The translations under genes and the position numbers were made by a program. The notes beneath the pieces are model-generated. The model saw only the letters and a list, made by a program, of their open reading frames with translations. It searched no databases and was not told the DNA's origin. Below, piece after piece: positions 11,501-26,500 of a stretch of DNA of 64,000 bases. The DNA is from Schmidtea polychroa (Eukaryota): the NCBI GenBank assembly GCA_044892525.1, contig CM097888.1:78182001-78246000 (forward strand). Direction: 5' to 3'. Each line of letters starts with the position of its first letter. Position 1 is the stretch's first letter.

Positions 11501-14500
11501 TTCATTTAGTTTTAGACTATTGTCTGATAGCTCTATTTGTTAAATAAACCAAAACCATAAATCCAATGATTTCTTACACAAACGTCTTTATTAAGTTTAA
11601 AATTTATCCAAAAATCAAAATCACTTGAAAAAGGCAGTGCCGACAATTCGTGAATATCAAAAAAAACATCGATATTTTTACTAATTCATAGTTAAGTTTT
11701 TTAATAAATACAATACATTAATTGTTATTAATTGTTGCTTTTATTACTTATATCCAGTGGTGAGCTATGCATGTCCTGCGGGGGCTCGGCAGAGCCCCTT
11801 GTTAACTTTTAAAAAATTTTGCGAGCCCCTTGTTGTTCTTTCAACTGTGATTTTGCGCTTCACTTCAAATTAAAATTTCTATTGTTTTAATGGGAAGATT
11901 AATAAATATCTGAAACATGTTAATAAAATTGATACCAGAAACAATAGTATATCAAAATAAAATTTCTGGACGCTTTTATATTTTACTAAAAAAGCAAATT
12001 CGGAAAAAAGCATTTTTTTTCTGGACGAAAAACACCTAAATTTTTTTTGCGAGCCCTTTGTTGTTTTTTTCACAGCTCACAACTGCCTATAAGATAATAA
12101 TTTACTCCATGGACAAATATTTTATTTTTAAATATTGAGTTGTAAATCTGATAATTATATAATATTCTTTCGAATAATGAAAATATTAAAAATAGGGTGA
12201 CCACACAAAATATTAGCGGACAAAAATTTGAAATTATTTTTTTTTAACTTTTAATATTTCTCTGAAAATTTTATAATAAATTACATTTAGACTAAATTTT
12301 AATAAATAGATTATTTAATTTTTTCATTGGTTATTCCATTTTATATATATTTTCGCTACCATTTGTGCGCATGACATTTTGTCCTAGCATCAAATATAGC
12401 TAAATAAATATCTTGTTGCTTCTTGCCATTGAAAGTGTTAATTTAAGTAATAGACTAATTCTAAAGTTGAATTATATATATAAGTACCGCAAACTGTAAA
12501 TAATCAAATATTCTGGTAAATTAGATAAAATTTTACAAATATTAAACCCAACCGAAACTGAAGGATTTGTTGAATCTGTAGTTGGCTTGAGTACATCTGG
12601 TTCTTTAACACTTATCTAAATAATATGGCATATTAAATATTAAATGTTATAATTGACTTATAAAAGGCGTAATAAGAATTGAATTAAATCTTGAATTAAT
12701 TAACCTAATAAATAAAATTAATTTATTCTCTGTTTAATTCATAAAAATATGTGAGATTTTAAGAGGGATTGAATATGTACTTTCTAATTTATAAATTATA
12801 TTTATATTAAAATTGTTTTTATTTTTTAATATATAAAATATTAAAGATTTATAAATAAAGTTTAATATAAATATAAAAATACATACACATCAAAATAACG
12901 GATTTCACATTTTTTAATTGAAATTTATTAACACATGTATTGTTTCAAGTATTTATGATGATTTTTTATATGTCATTAGAGTAATTAAAATTATTTTTTT
13001 AATTTTCCATTTAGATACATTAATTTCAATGTTAATGCAGGGCCGTTTCTACCACCAGGCAAGATTATGCCGCATTTTCAATTAGAACCTAAAGCAGTAA
13101 AACATTTAGAATATACCAAATATACCAATCAACTCTGTAAATTCTTGTGTGGAAATATATAATTATAATTATTAGAAATAAATAATTATATAAGTTAAAA
13201 TAAAAATATAGAATAATTTCATATTTTCTGTCTTATTTGATGATGATAGTAAATAGGGGCTCGCTAACTCACATACCACTAACCCCCCTGGTGAGGATTT
13301 TTCCCTAAAATTCCTAGTATTTTTATGTAGGTCAACTCAAATTTCATTATTTTTTACAATTTTCGATTCTTAAAAGTTATTGGACTTTCCTTTTTTTATT
13401 CCCCATTACACAAATGCGCGCATACAGTCGGTTTTTCAACCCCCGACATATTTTTTATACTTGACTTACTTTGAGTTAGACTATTTATTGAAACTATATA
13501 GAGTGTGTATTGGACCTACATTGAGTCAGGGGACCCCTATTTTTAAAGTCGATTTTACTTACATAAATTTGAATTGACCTACATAAAAACTATGAAAAAT
13601 TTCCAAAAAACCTTGAAAATCATAAAATTATAAAATTTGAATTGACCTACATAAAAATACTAGGAATTTTAGAAAAAAATCCTCGACAAGGTGAGGCGAG
13701 TGGGTATGTGAGTTAGCGGTCCCCTATCAATCTAGTATAGTAAGATTGTCGAAACATATCGTAAAATAGATATTTAAATGTAGCTTTCAAATAATTGTTT
13801 AATTTTGCGCACAAATTTCTTTTTCCTGAATTATTTATTAAAATGTCTACATGCAAACATATATAATGTTAATTTTTTAAATACTTTTAGTAATTGTTTA
13901 ATTGATGATTTTTTTCTGTGACCTCAAATTTTTAAGACATATTTTTTTTGAGGTCGCTAATTTATGACATGAAGAAAACCAAGAAAAATTCATTCATATA
14001 AATCAAATAAAAATCGATAAATTTTAATTAATGACTTCAATGATGCTGGGAAAATTTCACTATTAGCAGTATTGAAGAATATTAGTTTTTTTTAATTAAT
14101 TTACTTTGATTTGAAAAATTGGATTTTTCGGAAATTATTATACTATGATTCTTGTTGTTCAAATTTGTGATTTCTTCAAATTGAAAGTTGTGTAGAATTT
14201 AAAAATATAGAATTTAGTTGGTGATATTTATTGTTTTTGAATTTGCTTGTGGAACTGAGTGTATTTTACTATACATATATTTACAAGAAATTTACTAGAA
14301 AATATTTTCCTACTCTGAATGACTTTGGTAATGATAGTTAACACAATTGAAGATTTCCATCAATTTTCTTTTTCAAATCAATTTATTAAATTTACTAATT
14401 GCTCTCTCTGTTTGAACTCCAAAATTATTGTGGATGATTTATGGATCAAAGATGGCGTTATTCAAGATTCAGAGCAGTTTTATGTCGACAAATGTGCTCC

Positions 14501-17500
14501 TGATGTAATTATAGATTGTCAGAGTGCAATTTTATCTCTAGGATTCATCGATATTCAAATTAATGGTGGATACAGATATGACTATTCCAATTTATCACAA
14601 GAGCTTGAAACTAGTTTAAAAGTAGTTAGTAAGAACCTCGTTAAATTCGGCGTGACAGGTTTCTGTTCAACACTTGTTGTGTCAAAAGATGAAGTTTATC
14701 ATGAAATATTGTCGAAAACCTATAAAATGCCAAGTGAGAATTCACAGAATCTAGGATTTCAAATAGAAGGCCCGTTTCTATCGGGTTTAAAGAGTGGAAT
14801 GCATGATCAAAATTCATTAAAAGAATTTGGTCCTAATCCGGTTGAGACTAAACACGAAACAATTAGCTCAATTCATGGCTTTATGTTTTGTGTTAAAAAC
14901 ACATCGTAAATCGTGTTCACTTTGAATTGTTGCAAGACTACAAAATATATTTATATCAAGCCAGTCTAAACCCCATAAAATTTTTCCACACTTTTGGAAC
15001 TATTTATTTGACAAATAAAATTTAAATATCGATAAATTTTATGAAGAGTAATTTGCCGCCATCTCACCTGAACCTTGTTGATTTCAGAATTCCTAAGATG
15101 CTCCAGAATAGCAACAAGAGGATCCTAAAACAGTATTTTAAAATTATTTATTATTTAATAAAGTTCAATATATTATTAAAATGCCAAATAATAATTATTA
15201 ATAATTTAATTTTTTCTTATAAAATTTTAACATGTTTAGCACTGTTGCTGACGCCTTAACTAGTAAATTTTCGCTAAGTTTTTTCTTGGTTTTTATATTC
15301 TATACCAACATCAATCATTTCGATTCTGATGAACAATATTCCCTATTTTTCTGTAATATGTATGAATTAATAATTATAAATTCTTATCATTTCACACTAG
15401 CGTCACAGCCCGCTATAACATTCGATGATTTGGCTTTTAAAATTGAATTGATTTACATCGTCGACAAAATTTTAATTAATTGATTAGTTTGTATTTTTGC
15501 AATTAAGTTGTCTTAATGCTTCCTAAGAAATTAAAAGTATTCAATTCATCTTTAATTTTTTTGCTACCAGCCAGAAAATATATTTTTAGATATTTTGAAA
15601 AATTTGTTTAATTTTGCAAGTGATTCGCATAACTCAAAATATTTACTTGTTTCCTTGAGAGGATTTATTAGTACATTTTACGTCCATTTGTTCACATTTA
15701 TTTAACCAATAAAGACAACATGTAAATTGAGAAATATAAACAAAATTCAATTCATCAGTGTTTCTAAAATGTTGAAAATAGTCTTCCTTATGTTTTACAC
15801 ATCTGTCAACGTTCTGGAAATTGTTCTATACCGTTTACGTAGAATACTACATGTTTTGAAGCGAATCATTTTTCCAATTCACTGTTAACTTTTTCAACTG
15901 ATATGTTCTCCCACGAAGTGAGTTTTTCATAGGAAAACAGGTAATAGTTTAAAGGGGAAAGGTCTTGTGAGTATGGTGGATGTGGTAATATCATAAACAC
16001 TATCTCAGCAAGCTAGTTTTCAGTTAACTATACCGCATGTGGAAATGAACATTTTTAAAACTGTTTCCGTACAGCCAACGACTCTTTTGTCGAACCGTGT
16101 CTACCATATAAACACTTTCAATTTATTTTACCACTAATTTAGCTTATTTATTAATATTTTAAAAACCATTTTAAATAAATAAAAACTATTGATCTACAGT
16201 CTGAATTGAGGATAAAAAATAGAATATGAAAATAATCGATCAAAGGTAAAAAGAATAAAAATTTTTTGTTAGACGCAATTAAATTCAAATCTTCTTTAAG
16301 CATTTATTTTTATAACAACTTCAAAATTGTCCCGTTTACTAGCGTATTTAAACACCGAGGCGTGATAATTATTAATATTGATGTAATTACTGGTCATACA
16401 TTTAATTGATTTAATTTAATATAATTTAATATAATATGATATAATTTAATATAGAATTTGAATATAGAAATTTAACAGAAATAATTATTTCTACTAACTG
16501 ATCTCACTTCTACCATTTAACCATAATAATTTTATATAGAGATTTACTAACTCCTTACATTTTTAATTTATAAAAGTTACTCTGAACTTATTCATAAAGT
16601 AATTTTGACCTGTTTCACTAGAAAGATAAATTGAATATATATGAACTAATTCATATATGTCATCGCCAGTAAACTTACTTTATCATTGCATTTACTAAGT
16701 GGCTCCCATAAGTTTCTAATAATAATATCTGTATCTAAATCTGGATTTGTAAGAGAAGCTTCCCGAACAATTGATCCTAAAACATTTCAAACTAAATATG
16801 ATAAATATCAATTTAAAATTCCAAATAAAATTTTCTTTATCTTCATTTATTTGCAGAGTATATTACTAAGAATTCTCAGCAAAGCTCTTNNNNNNNNNNN
16901 NNNNNNNNNNNNNNNNNNNNNNNNNNNNNNNNNNNNNNNNNNNNNNNNNNNNNNNNNNNNNNNNNNNNNNNNNNNNNNNNNNNNNNNNNNNNNNNNNNNN
17001 NNNNNNNNNNNNNNNNNNNNNNNNNNNNNNNNNNNNNNNCGGCTGCTCTTTATACGGCTTTTCGCTATAACGGCCTACTTTAATTACGGCACTTTTTCGA
17101 TTTACGGCCTAAAATGTTTCGTTATACGGCCAAAAATGTTATGTAGAACTGCAAAAAGAAGCAAGAACCAAGGCAAGACAAACAACGTTGGATAAATTTC
17201 TTATTTGATTCGTTATGCGGCGTTTCGCTTTGCGGCCAACTTTCCTGGAACGTATCTAGGCCGTAAAGCGAGGTATGAGTGTAATAATAATAATTTTAAT
17301 TTCATAGTGTTAATTTGCACACGAAGAATATGCATTATATCATTAATTGACAATTACATCTTCAGAATCCTTTAATATTGCTCTGTTCAAGGCCATTGAG
17401 AGCGATTAAATAACCAATGAAAAATAGTAGCAATTTAAATTAACAATTGTCATTACCTGTTAACTGTTTTAGTAGGAAATCATCAATTTCTGGATATTGG

Positions 17501-20500
17501 TTTTTCAGATAGGACTTTGTGTCAGCACAAATTTCATTGACTGCTTCACCGAATTCAAGCCAAAAGTTTAATTTATTAATGGAGAAATAAGCATAGCACG
17601 GATGCACATTTCCCTCTGTATTTATTGTCCATTCTCCGAGTACTATATAAATAATGATGTTAGGGTTGTGCAAATTAATTAATCGAATGGCGAACGTAAA
17701 AAGTCAACAGATTTTTAGGAATACCGAAAACAAGTGACAATTAAAAAAACCAATTACATAAAATAATTTAAATTTGATGTGAATCCCTAAAAATTTAAAT
17801 ATTAAAATAATAATATGTGCAGGAAGTTCAGCGAGAAAATAATACAAACATAACAAAAAAAATAACAATATTAGAACAAATTCAAAAAGAAGGTGATAAC
17901 AAGAATTAAAAAGAAAAAGAAAATGTTAGCAAAAAGAAAAAAAATAGAATGGGAAATAGGAAAAATACATTTATAATAGGTTAAATTATCAAAAAAAATG
18001 ATCTAAAATGAATCAAAAGTCGAGAAATCCAATATGGAGTCGCAAATAAGGTGCATTAAATAAATTAGAAATTTTTGGAACTAACATAACTCTACGTATT
18101 TCCTCGACTAAGTTCAGTGGCCAGAACGATTTGAATAAATTAAAATATTATTATCGTAATACACTTTCACAAGTTCTATAATAGTGTAATGGTAATCAAT
18201 GTATAAACAGTTTCAACAACTAGATCAAATAATTGATGAATAAACAGTTTCAACCATTATTAACTGACAGATAGTCAAAATATATCAAATAGACAATCCA
18301 TCATACTATCAGAGTTGGCACAAGTCGATGAACCACTTAATGAAGGAAATTTTGCCGAATTAATCTTCCTAATAATATTTTTTCAATGTTGGTGTTGTTT
18401 TATATTTTCTAAGGAGAAATGTAAGAGAATAATCTATATTCGTTGAATTTCAATCTGTTTTATTGAAATTAGGCAGATAAATAATTGCCTTATTGTTGGT
18501 TTGTTAACATGCAAGATTTATTTACTTTATTTAACAGAAGTTTGCGATAATTTATAGATAGTTAGATCAATGGTCTATGTTGTGATTTGTCCTTATGGAA
18601 TTTGGTTGCTGGTGTAATTAAATTTTTTGACAATTAGTTGGTATTATTTTTACGGTGCAATTTCATTGATGATTTAATAAATATTATTGATATATAACGT
18701 CAACAAAATTAATTCAATTTCTTTGGAAAAAGGGGCAAACATAATTTATAAAATTGTTAAACATGATCATAATTTGCAATTAAACATAAATCAAAATAAA
18801 TGAGAACTTTAATGAAATTGTTAAGCCTGTTTTACTGATTAGTTTGAAGGATGAAAGGATGAATAAAGGATGTCTATTCGCAAGTCGATTAAAATTGCAA
18901 TAAATAACCTTTTTTTGTGCATAATAAAATTTAACTGATTTATGTAGATCTAATTTTCTTACAATTCCTCTGTTTTCCGGTGAGTGTCAAATGACACCAG
19001 GGACCGTAATATAAATTGGACACATATATTTTCTACCAATAGTCCGTGCACCCATGATAATGTTACCTAACTATAGTTAACCAGAGTGAACTCAATTTTT
19101 ACTAACACTCATCCATTCGACACATTACCAACGTCGTTCATTCGAATAGTATGAAAGCGTTGTATTCTAGGTTACGCTGGAAATAGGACAAAAAGATATG
19201 ATTTTGTTACTATGTAACCCATCAATAATAATGTAAATGCTGATGTAATGCAGAAATTATTCCATCATAACTATCGAGTGTTGTACTTGTAGCTATTGAA
19301 TATGTTTCTTATCTAGTCTTTGGAACTTTTGAATAATCTTTGAAAAATGACAACAGTACTTCCCACCTATGTATATATAATGAAAAAAGTTATATATTTC
19401 TTGAACAATTGGAAAAAAAAGCCTTCTGCATCTAAACAACAGTCAACTGATGGTCTACTAACAATATTCAAGGAATGACTAGCATCGTATGATATATTTA
19501 GAATAATGAAGGACTATCTTGTTAAATTGAGATGGTTTTAAGAAAATCAGAGTAAAGATGAAATCTTACATGGTGATTGATAAGTGTTAATGACTATAAT
19601 GGATAAATTTTGACAAGTGGATCAAATTAAATTTTTTTTTCAAACTAAAAATGTAACAAAACATTTTATAAAGAAATAAAATAAAATAAACATTTAAAAA
19701 TATATATAAAAAAATGTCATATATAGTCAGTTATATTGTCAGTGAGTGACCATTTGATCATAGGTTTGCCATTTTCATTTAGAATTGCTATTTTGATCGA
19801 AAGTAAAGAAATATTTCGCCATTTTGATGGATGAAAGTGTTAGTAAAATACATGAAAAAGAAAGTTTGCCCTAGTAAAATTGACCTTATAGTAGATTATA
19901 TACAGTGATTATGGTCTTGGTTTTCTGACATAGAATATATGAAAATAGACTTAAATTTTGGTAGGGTATCATAATTTATAATTTAAAAAGTTTCAGTTAG
20001 ACATGATTATATAAAAAAATATTTAGAAATTAAAAATTATTCTGATCCTTACTGAATTTATACTGTCCAACTGCACTTATAGGAGCAACAAAAGTTGATT
20101 TAGTAAATTCATTCATTTCAATGAGCATTTCGTTTCCAGCCTCTAGGGTAACAATCATTATTGTTATATATAAATAACCGACAGCTTACCAAAGGCACCG
20201 AAAGGTATAAAGAGGTGAATGTGCCCGTTTTCATTTTTTGGTTTGATATTTGCGGCAAGACTATTCATGAATTCTAGAAGTTCTGGATGCTCAGAATTAT
20301 TGTTTTTTCTACTAAAACATTTGTTTCTAACTATCCACATTTCGTTTTCTCTGTTACGGTGTCCAAACAAGCCAATACTCCTACAAGAATGTATTAAATT
20401 TAGTTTAAAATCTTACTTTTATATTGCCACATATGTGTGAGTTTAGTTTTTTTATTAAATTTTTTTTTAAATGTGTGTTTTATTTGTTGAATTCCTTATT

Positions 20501-23500
20501 TATGGATTACTACACTGAAATATTTGTTTAAATAATATGATGAAGGTTATTATTTAAATTTTAAAAAAATTATTTATTAAAATAGCTTGACTATGATGAA
20601 TCAGTAAATATATCAAATTAATCAATATATTTACTGATTCATAGTCAAGCTTTTTTAATAAATACAGTGGAAAAGATATCAGTGATGAAATTTGAAAAAA
20701 AAGTTCTTATAATATTAAAAAAATGTTTATAATTTTACTTTGGACTATGGATATTATTAATAAGAAAATCATTTGACTAATATAAATTATTTGAACAAAA
20801 TGCAGATTTCAGGTGGTAGACAAAGATTGTAGGAACAAATTTGCTTGAACGAATATTACGTAACAGGAAGGTGTTGATACTAAGTAGAGAAATTTGTGTG
20901 GAGATTTTAAAATATATAGAGATAATTGAGAAATTAAAAAGTAAGAGTGGAAAAACTTATCAAAATCAAACGAGACTTACCGATTGTGAATAAAATGTCT
21001 CATTACCCCGAAATCTACCGAGTAACAAGTGTAACGATCCAATTTTGAACTTACTATTCCATCATTATAATTTTGTGCCTCATTTAAAATTTTGTCATAC
21101 CGAATTAAACTTAATTAAGTTGTAAACGTATAAATGAATTCAAATTAGAATAAAAATTTTTGTAGGAAAAATAAATTTGATTTTTCACCCGAAATTAATA
21201 AAGAAATTACATAAATATATTAAAACATGTTCCAATAAACCTCTAGATAAGCTAAAAAATTGTGTACACTACTCAAGGTATGCATACATACTTATTAGTG
21301 ACATGCAGTCAGATTCACAGGGCAATCACGAAAACGGATATTAAACATATATTGAACTTAATCACAAAAACCGTTACGATAAATTATCTGCTTATAGATT
21401 AGTTTAAAATAAATTTACAATAAGTGTTTCATTGTTGAACATTCACATGTACTAACTGGTGGTACCTTGAATAGGGTTTGCATAATTTAAATTATATTCC
21501 CATTTCATTGGCAAAGTATAAACTACAATCTAATGTAAAAGACTTGAAACGAATATTTGTTGATATGAAAGCAGTGAAATTTAACATTTTTTTCTAAATG
21601 TGCTTAAAATCTTTCATTCTTTCCAATTGTAGTAGTGTATTATTTGTGGATAAATTCATTAGATTATTTGAAAATTTATAATTCCAATGTTCTTAACGTA
21701 AACGTGCAAAAAGAAAATTTTTTTAAATCAATTATTTGTGGATAATATGTGAATATGCAGAATATACAGAATATGTACAGAATATGTACAGAATATGTAC
21801 AGAATATATGTTGACCTATCTATGGTCATTGAGTAATATGTTATAACCAGTGATTGGATTCGATTTTCTTTGGAACCAGTACGCTTTTCAAATTTTTTAT
21901 TGATTTTATTGATTTGTAAAATGAAAAATCCGTACGCACTTATTAGAACCTATTAAGAACCATCACTGACTCTAACTAACAAATATCATTGATTTATAAA
22001 AAAAATTATTTTATATTACAAAAAAATTAACTAATAAATCGATTTACTAACATAGCTTTACGGCCCCTCAGAACTGATTCCAAATCATAAATCATAGTTT
22101 TGAGAGTTGTTGAATCAAAATCATAAGGAATTGGTATCACTCCAAAAATTACAGAATCTAACAGTATCTAAACTCATATTTCAAAATTAAAATCATTTTT
22201 TAACAAAAGATAAAAAACCATAAAAATATATTACTTCCTCTGTTCCAAAAAATAACTGAGCTATTTGAATAATTTAAAACATTTATTCAAAAAAAATATA
22301 AAGAATAAATTAAATTATATGTTATTATTATATTATAAAAACTTTTTTTTTCAAATTTCACCATTGATTTCTTTTTAATTGACATTGTATTTATTACAGT
22401 TGACTATGAATCAGTAAATATATCATAAACATCGATATATTTACTAATTCATAGTGAAGCGTTTTCATAAATACAATGTTATTATTGTTTGGTAAATATT
22501 GGTAAATATTTAAATAATGCGTTATTTCAAATTAATAATTTTCTCAAAATCAATTTTCAAATTAAATAAATCCTTCAAAATGACAAAAGATTTAATCAAC
22601 ACACAAAAGTTAGATATTATCCAACATTTATTACAAAATCACAAAAATCTGGAACCAAATAATGCATGATTATGAATAGATAAAATTTTGTTATTTTTCA
22701 AATTATTATTCTTAATAATTAATTAAATCTTTATTTTGAAATATTTTATAAAAACTAAAAACTGCACTTGCACAAAAGATTAAAACATTAAATCATGTTG
22801 TAATCTTGTTGTAATTATCCGTTTCTTAGTCTAAAAATTAAGAAAAAAGCCAAACTGTAAAGACATACAAGTAATTCGAATAAAGATTTTATTCAAAAGA
22901 ACATTGCAATAAATAATTGATATATCTGCTCCAATAGCCAATATACCAACGAAAGCAAGGACACTTAATCTGGCGATTGTATGGAGATTGTTTTAAGATC
23001 TTGACCATCATCATAGAGATTATAGCTAATAAAACGAAGGCTTCAGTTTCTTGAATGTCTGGCATATTTTCTTTATTGGTTCTGGCGAGATTTAATGATT
23101 GGGAAGTTGAATGTTTCATTGTTTCTTTTACATTGAATTTGATTTTGGAAAAAAGTGAGAATTATTTAAACAATGATTTTTAATTTGATTTTAATTTAAT
23201 TAATTTAATATTATATGTTAAGTTCAATTATTAAATTGATAAAAGTGGGAGTCAGTGGCACTACACAAACAGCTCAAATATTTTGGCACGGAAGGAAAAG
23301 AATTTTTAAAAATTGTTTTGGAAAAAAGGTATTGTTTAAAAAATTAAAATTATATAATTTATTTTAAAAACTTTATCCTACATGCACATACCAAATTTTA
23401 TAGCATTGAAATTTTCAATGCATTTTAAAGAATTGTGTTTGTTTTGATTTCAAAAGTATTTTTCCAGCCGAAAAGCAGAACAGAAGCTCCCTATCATAGA

Positions 23501-26500
23501 AGATTAAAAATACTACTCGTCGAATAATTGATCTATATACATATTTTAATATAGAGCTTTGTGACATTTTATTTTCAAAAAGAATTGTGTAATTATATAT
23601 GTGCATTTAATCTATAATGAAGATTTATTTGTATTTTTATAGTTAAATTATTCAAAAAAAGTAAGAAAAATAAAAATATAAAACACATGTCAAGAGGGTA
23701 GTGCAAAATTATGTCTGTTACAAAATGATGCTCAATGTAATGTATGCTATTTTTATTTTTATTTTTATTATTATTATTATTACAATTTTTACAAGGGAAA
23801 TATGAAAAAAAAAATCAAACATTAGAAAATATTAAATAAAATTGAAATATTAAATTATTATGTTTAAAGTTTCTTATTAATTAACGAAGATCCTTGCACA
23901 AGAACATATCCTATTATTGAAAGAAATAAAATTTGTTAGTTCAAGATCTTAATTTGATTTTCAAGTTATATTATTATTGTACGTAATAAATTATTTTTAA
24001 ATACACACGCACAGTCACACATTTAATACACATTCAGCTCAGCTGTCCCGCTACAGTTTTTAAAGGAGACTCTGGTGGATTCAACAGATTTCCTTAACAT
24101 TGCAATCGACCACATAGATAAGGATTACATAAACATTTCAATATAAATATTGCATAATATAACATACTATAACATAACACACAACAACATGTAGCCTAAA
24201 ATTACGTTTTCATCGGCCGTTACTAAAATAACACCAAAGTATTTTTAATACGCTGTTTTATCTGTATTATTTGAAGCTTTGACACTCAATGTAATAAATA
24301 AGTGACTTGATACGTGTTTAAATATAGAATGATCAAAAAATTAATTTTTCGTAAATTTATAAGTTTCTTGAACATATGTAAATTGTATTTTTTTTTAATT
24401 GAAAATTAAAAATTTACTTCTGCACCAGGCAATTTGCTGGAAATAAATATCACTCTAGGATTAGTCCAGCCTGAGTAGCCCGATGCAATGCTCTGCAACT
24501 GGTACATATTATTGAGACTTGGTTTTTGCCATGGCAGAGGTTCATTATTGCCACATTTGACAATATCGGATCTTTGTAATAAAAATTTATTGTTTTAATT
24601 TAAAAAAATTAAAAGAAATTAAATTTATGCAAAATTAATTATAATTTTTGAAGGTATTTTTAAAATTATAAAGACATGTGGAAATATTTTGAAAGCAAAT
24701 TATAGACGCTTATAGACATTTCTTTATTGTATTTACAATTCCCTTAATATTTGGATCTCTCTATAGAATTTCGATGAATAATATTAAAAAGTTAATTAAT
24801 TGTGCCAAATGAAAGTGGAACAAAAAGCACGAAAATAATTTTCCGAAAGCTATAAGGCAAACACGAATAATGACAGATCATACAAAATAATAAATATAAT
24901 TATTCTACAAAAAACTATAATTTATTATCGATGTTTCCAAAAATACAGAATATATACGAAAATTATATTATCTTTATGTTTAAATATTATTATTTTAATT
25001 TAAAAAAAACATTTTATCAAAACTATAATTATAAAATATAAAGTCGAAAAGAGAAAGTAAATAATAAATAAGTACGAAGGGCGGCAATATTCACTGAAAA
25101 ACAATTAAACACCTATAATCACCAAATAAGGATAAAGAANNNNNNNNNNNNNNNNNNNNNNNNNNNNNNNNNNNNNNNNNNNNNNNNNNNNNNNNNNNNN
25201 NNNNNNNNNNNNNNNNNNNNNNNNNNNNNNNNNNNNNNNNNNNNNNNNNNNNNNNNNNNNNNNNNNNNNNNNNNNNNNNNNNNNNNNNNCTAGTAAGTGA
25301 AGGAAAATAACAAGACAACATTTAAAAACATCTTACTTTTTTTCATCACTATCACTTTGATGATTGCTGAATATTTTACATTTTTTTATTTTCAGAGNNN
25401 NNNNNNNNNNNNNNNNNNNNNNNNNNNNNNNNNNNNNNNNNNNNNNNNNNNNNNNNNNNNNNNNNNNNNNNNNNNNNNNNNNNNNNNNNNNNNNNNNNNN
25501 NNNNNNNNNNNNNNNNNNNNNNNNNNNNNNNNNNNNNNNNNNNNNNNNNNNNNNNNNNNNNNNNNNNNNNNNNNNNNNNNNNNNNAACGATTCGCTCTTC
25601 TGATTTATTAGTTCTGTCATTCTCCTTTCTTCCCAACTGAGTAAGTTACTCAAAGTTATCTGGAATAATTAGTTTTCAAATTACAAATTCATATCTATAT
25701 AGGAATCACTTTGTCTTTTATATTCCTTGGAGTTAATGAAGATCTCGGAGTTTTTATTCTGGGACTTGGGCGCGGTAGATTAGAAAAGTCGATTGATTCC
25801 ATTAAATTAACAGATTCATTTGGATTCAGTCCAGCAAAAAGAGCTTTACTAGCTTGCTCTATATCGTGAGGAAAGGAGCTTGATGAAGACCATTGAGGTT
25901 TGGTAATGGCTGATTCTGTTGCAATTAATTATCAAAATTTTAGTTTATTTTATTTGTTATATAATGAATTCGTGTATTAAACCTAATATACAGATAGCCA
26001 TTGTGTTAAAATCAAGGCCATAGCGATTGATGAGTATATAATAACTTATTCAAATTCACTTGAAAATGGCAGTGCCGAAAAATCGTGAATATCAAAAACA
26101 TCGATGTATTTTCTGATTCATAGTCAAGCTTTTTAATAAATACATTATTCATTTTAATTTGTATTGTAGTTAAAAATTTTATAGTAGATAAATAAATAAT
26201 ATATTAAAATATTATTAAAAATATAATTAAAATAGATTTACATTGTATTTATTAAAGAAATTTAACTATGAATCAGTAAAAATATCGATGTTTTTTCTTT
26301 TGATATTCACGAATCAGAATCACTTGAAAATGGCTGTGCTGAAAATTCGTGAACAGCAAAAGAAAAAACATCGATATATTTACTGATTCAAAATACAATG
26401 TCAATTGAAAAGAAATCAGAGGTGAAAGTTGAATTTTCAGTATTTCGAATATTATTTTTATCCATAGTAAAAATAATAATTGAAGCCAAATGTGAATTTT

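Noticed and set aside
12195-13070. Solo hAT-like ends (tagggtgacca near 12195, cagggccg near 13038)
   Set aside because: No partner TIR or TSD was found, so no element can be delimited.
20800-21350. Possible Ginger/KRBA2-like integrase relic (GGRQRL, HLKFC, SQG motifs)
   Set aside because: The motifs are short, lie in different frames and lack the catalytic DNG-x-EF signature, so they are too weak to call.
5280-25653. ORFs containing long X runs (5280..5522, 16686..17195, 25091..25653 set)
   Set aside because: These are artefacts of translating through N gaps.
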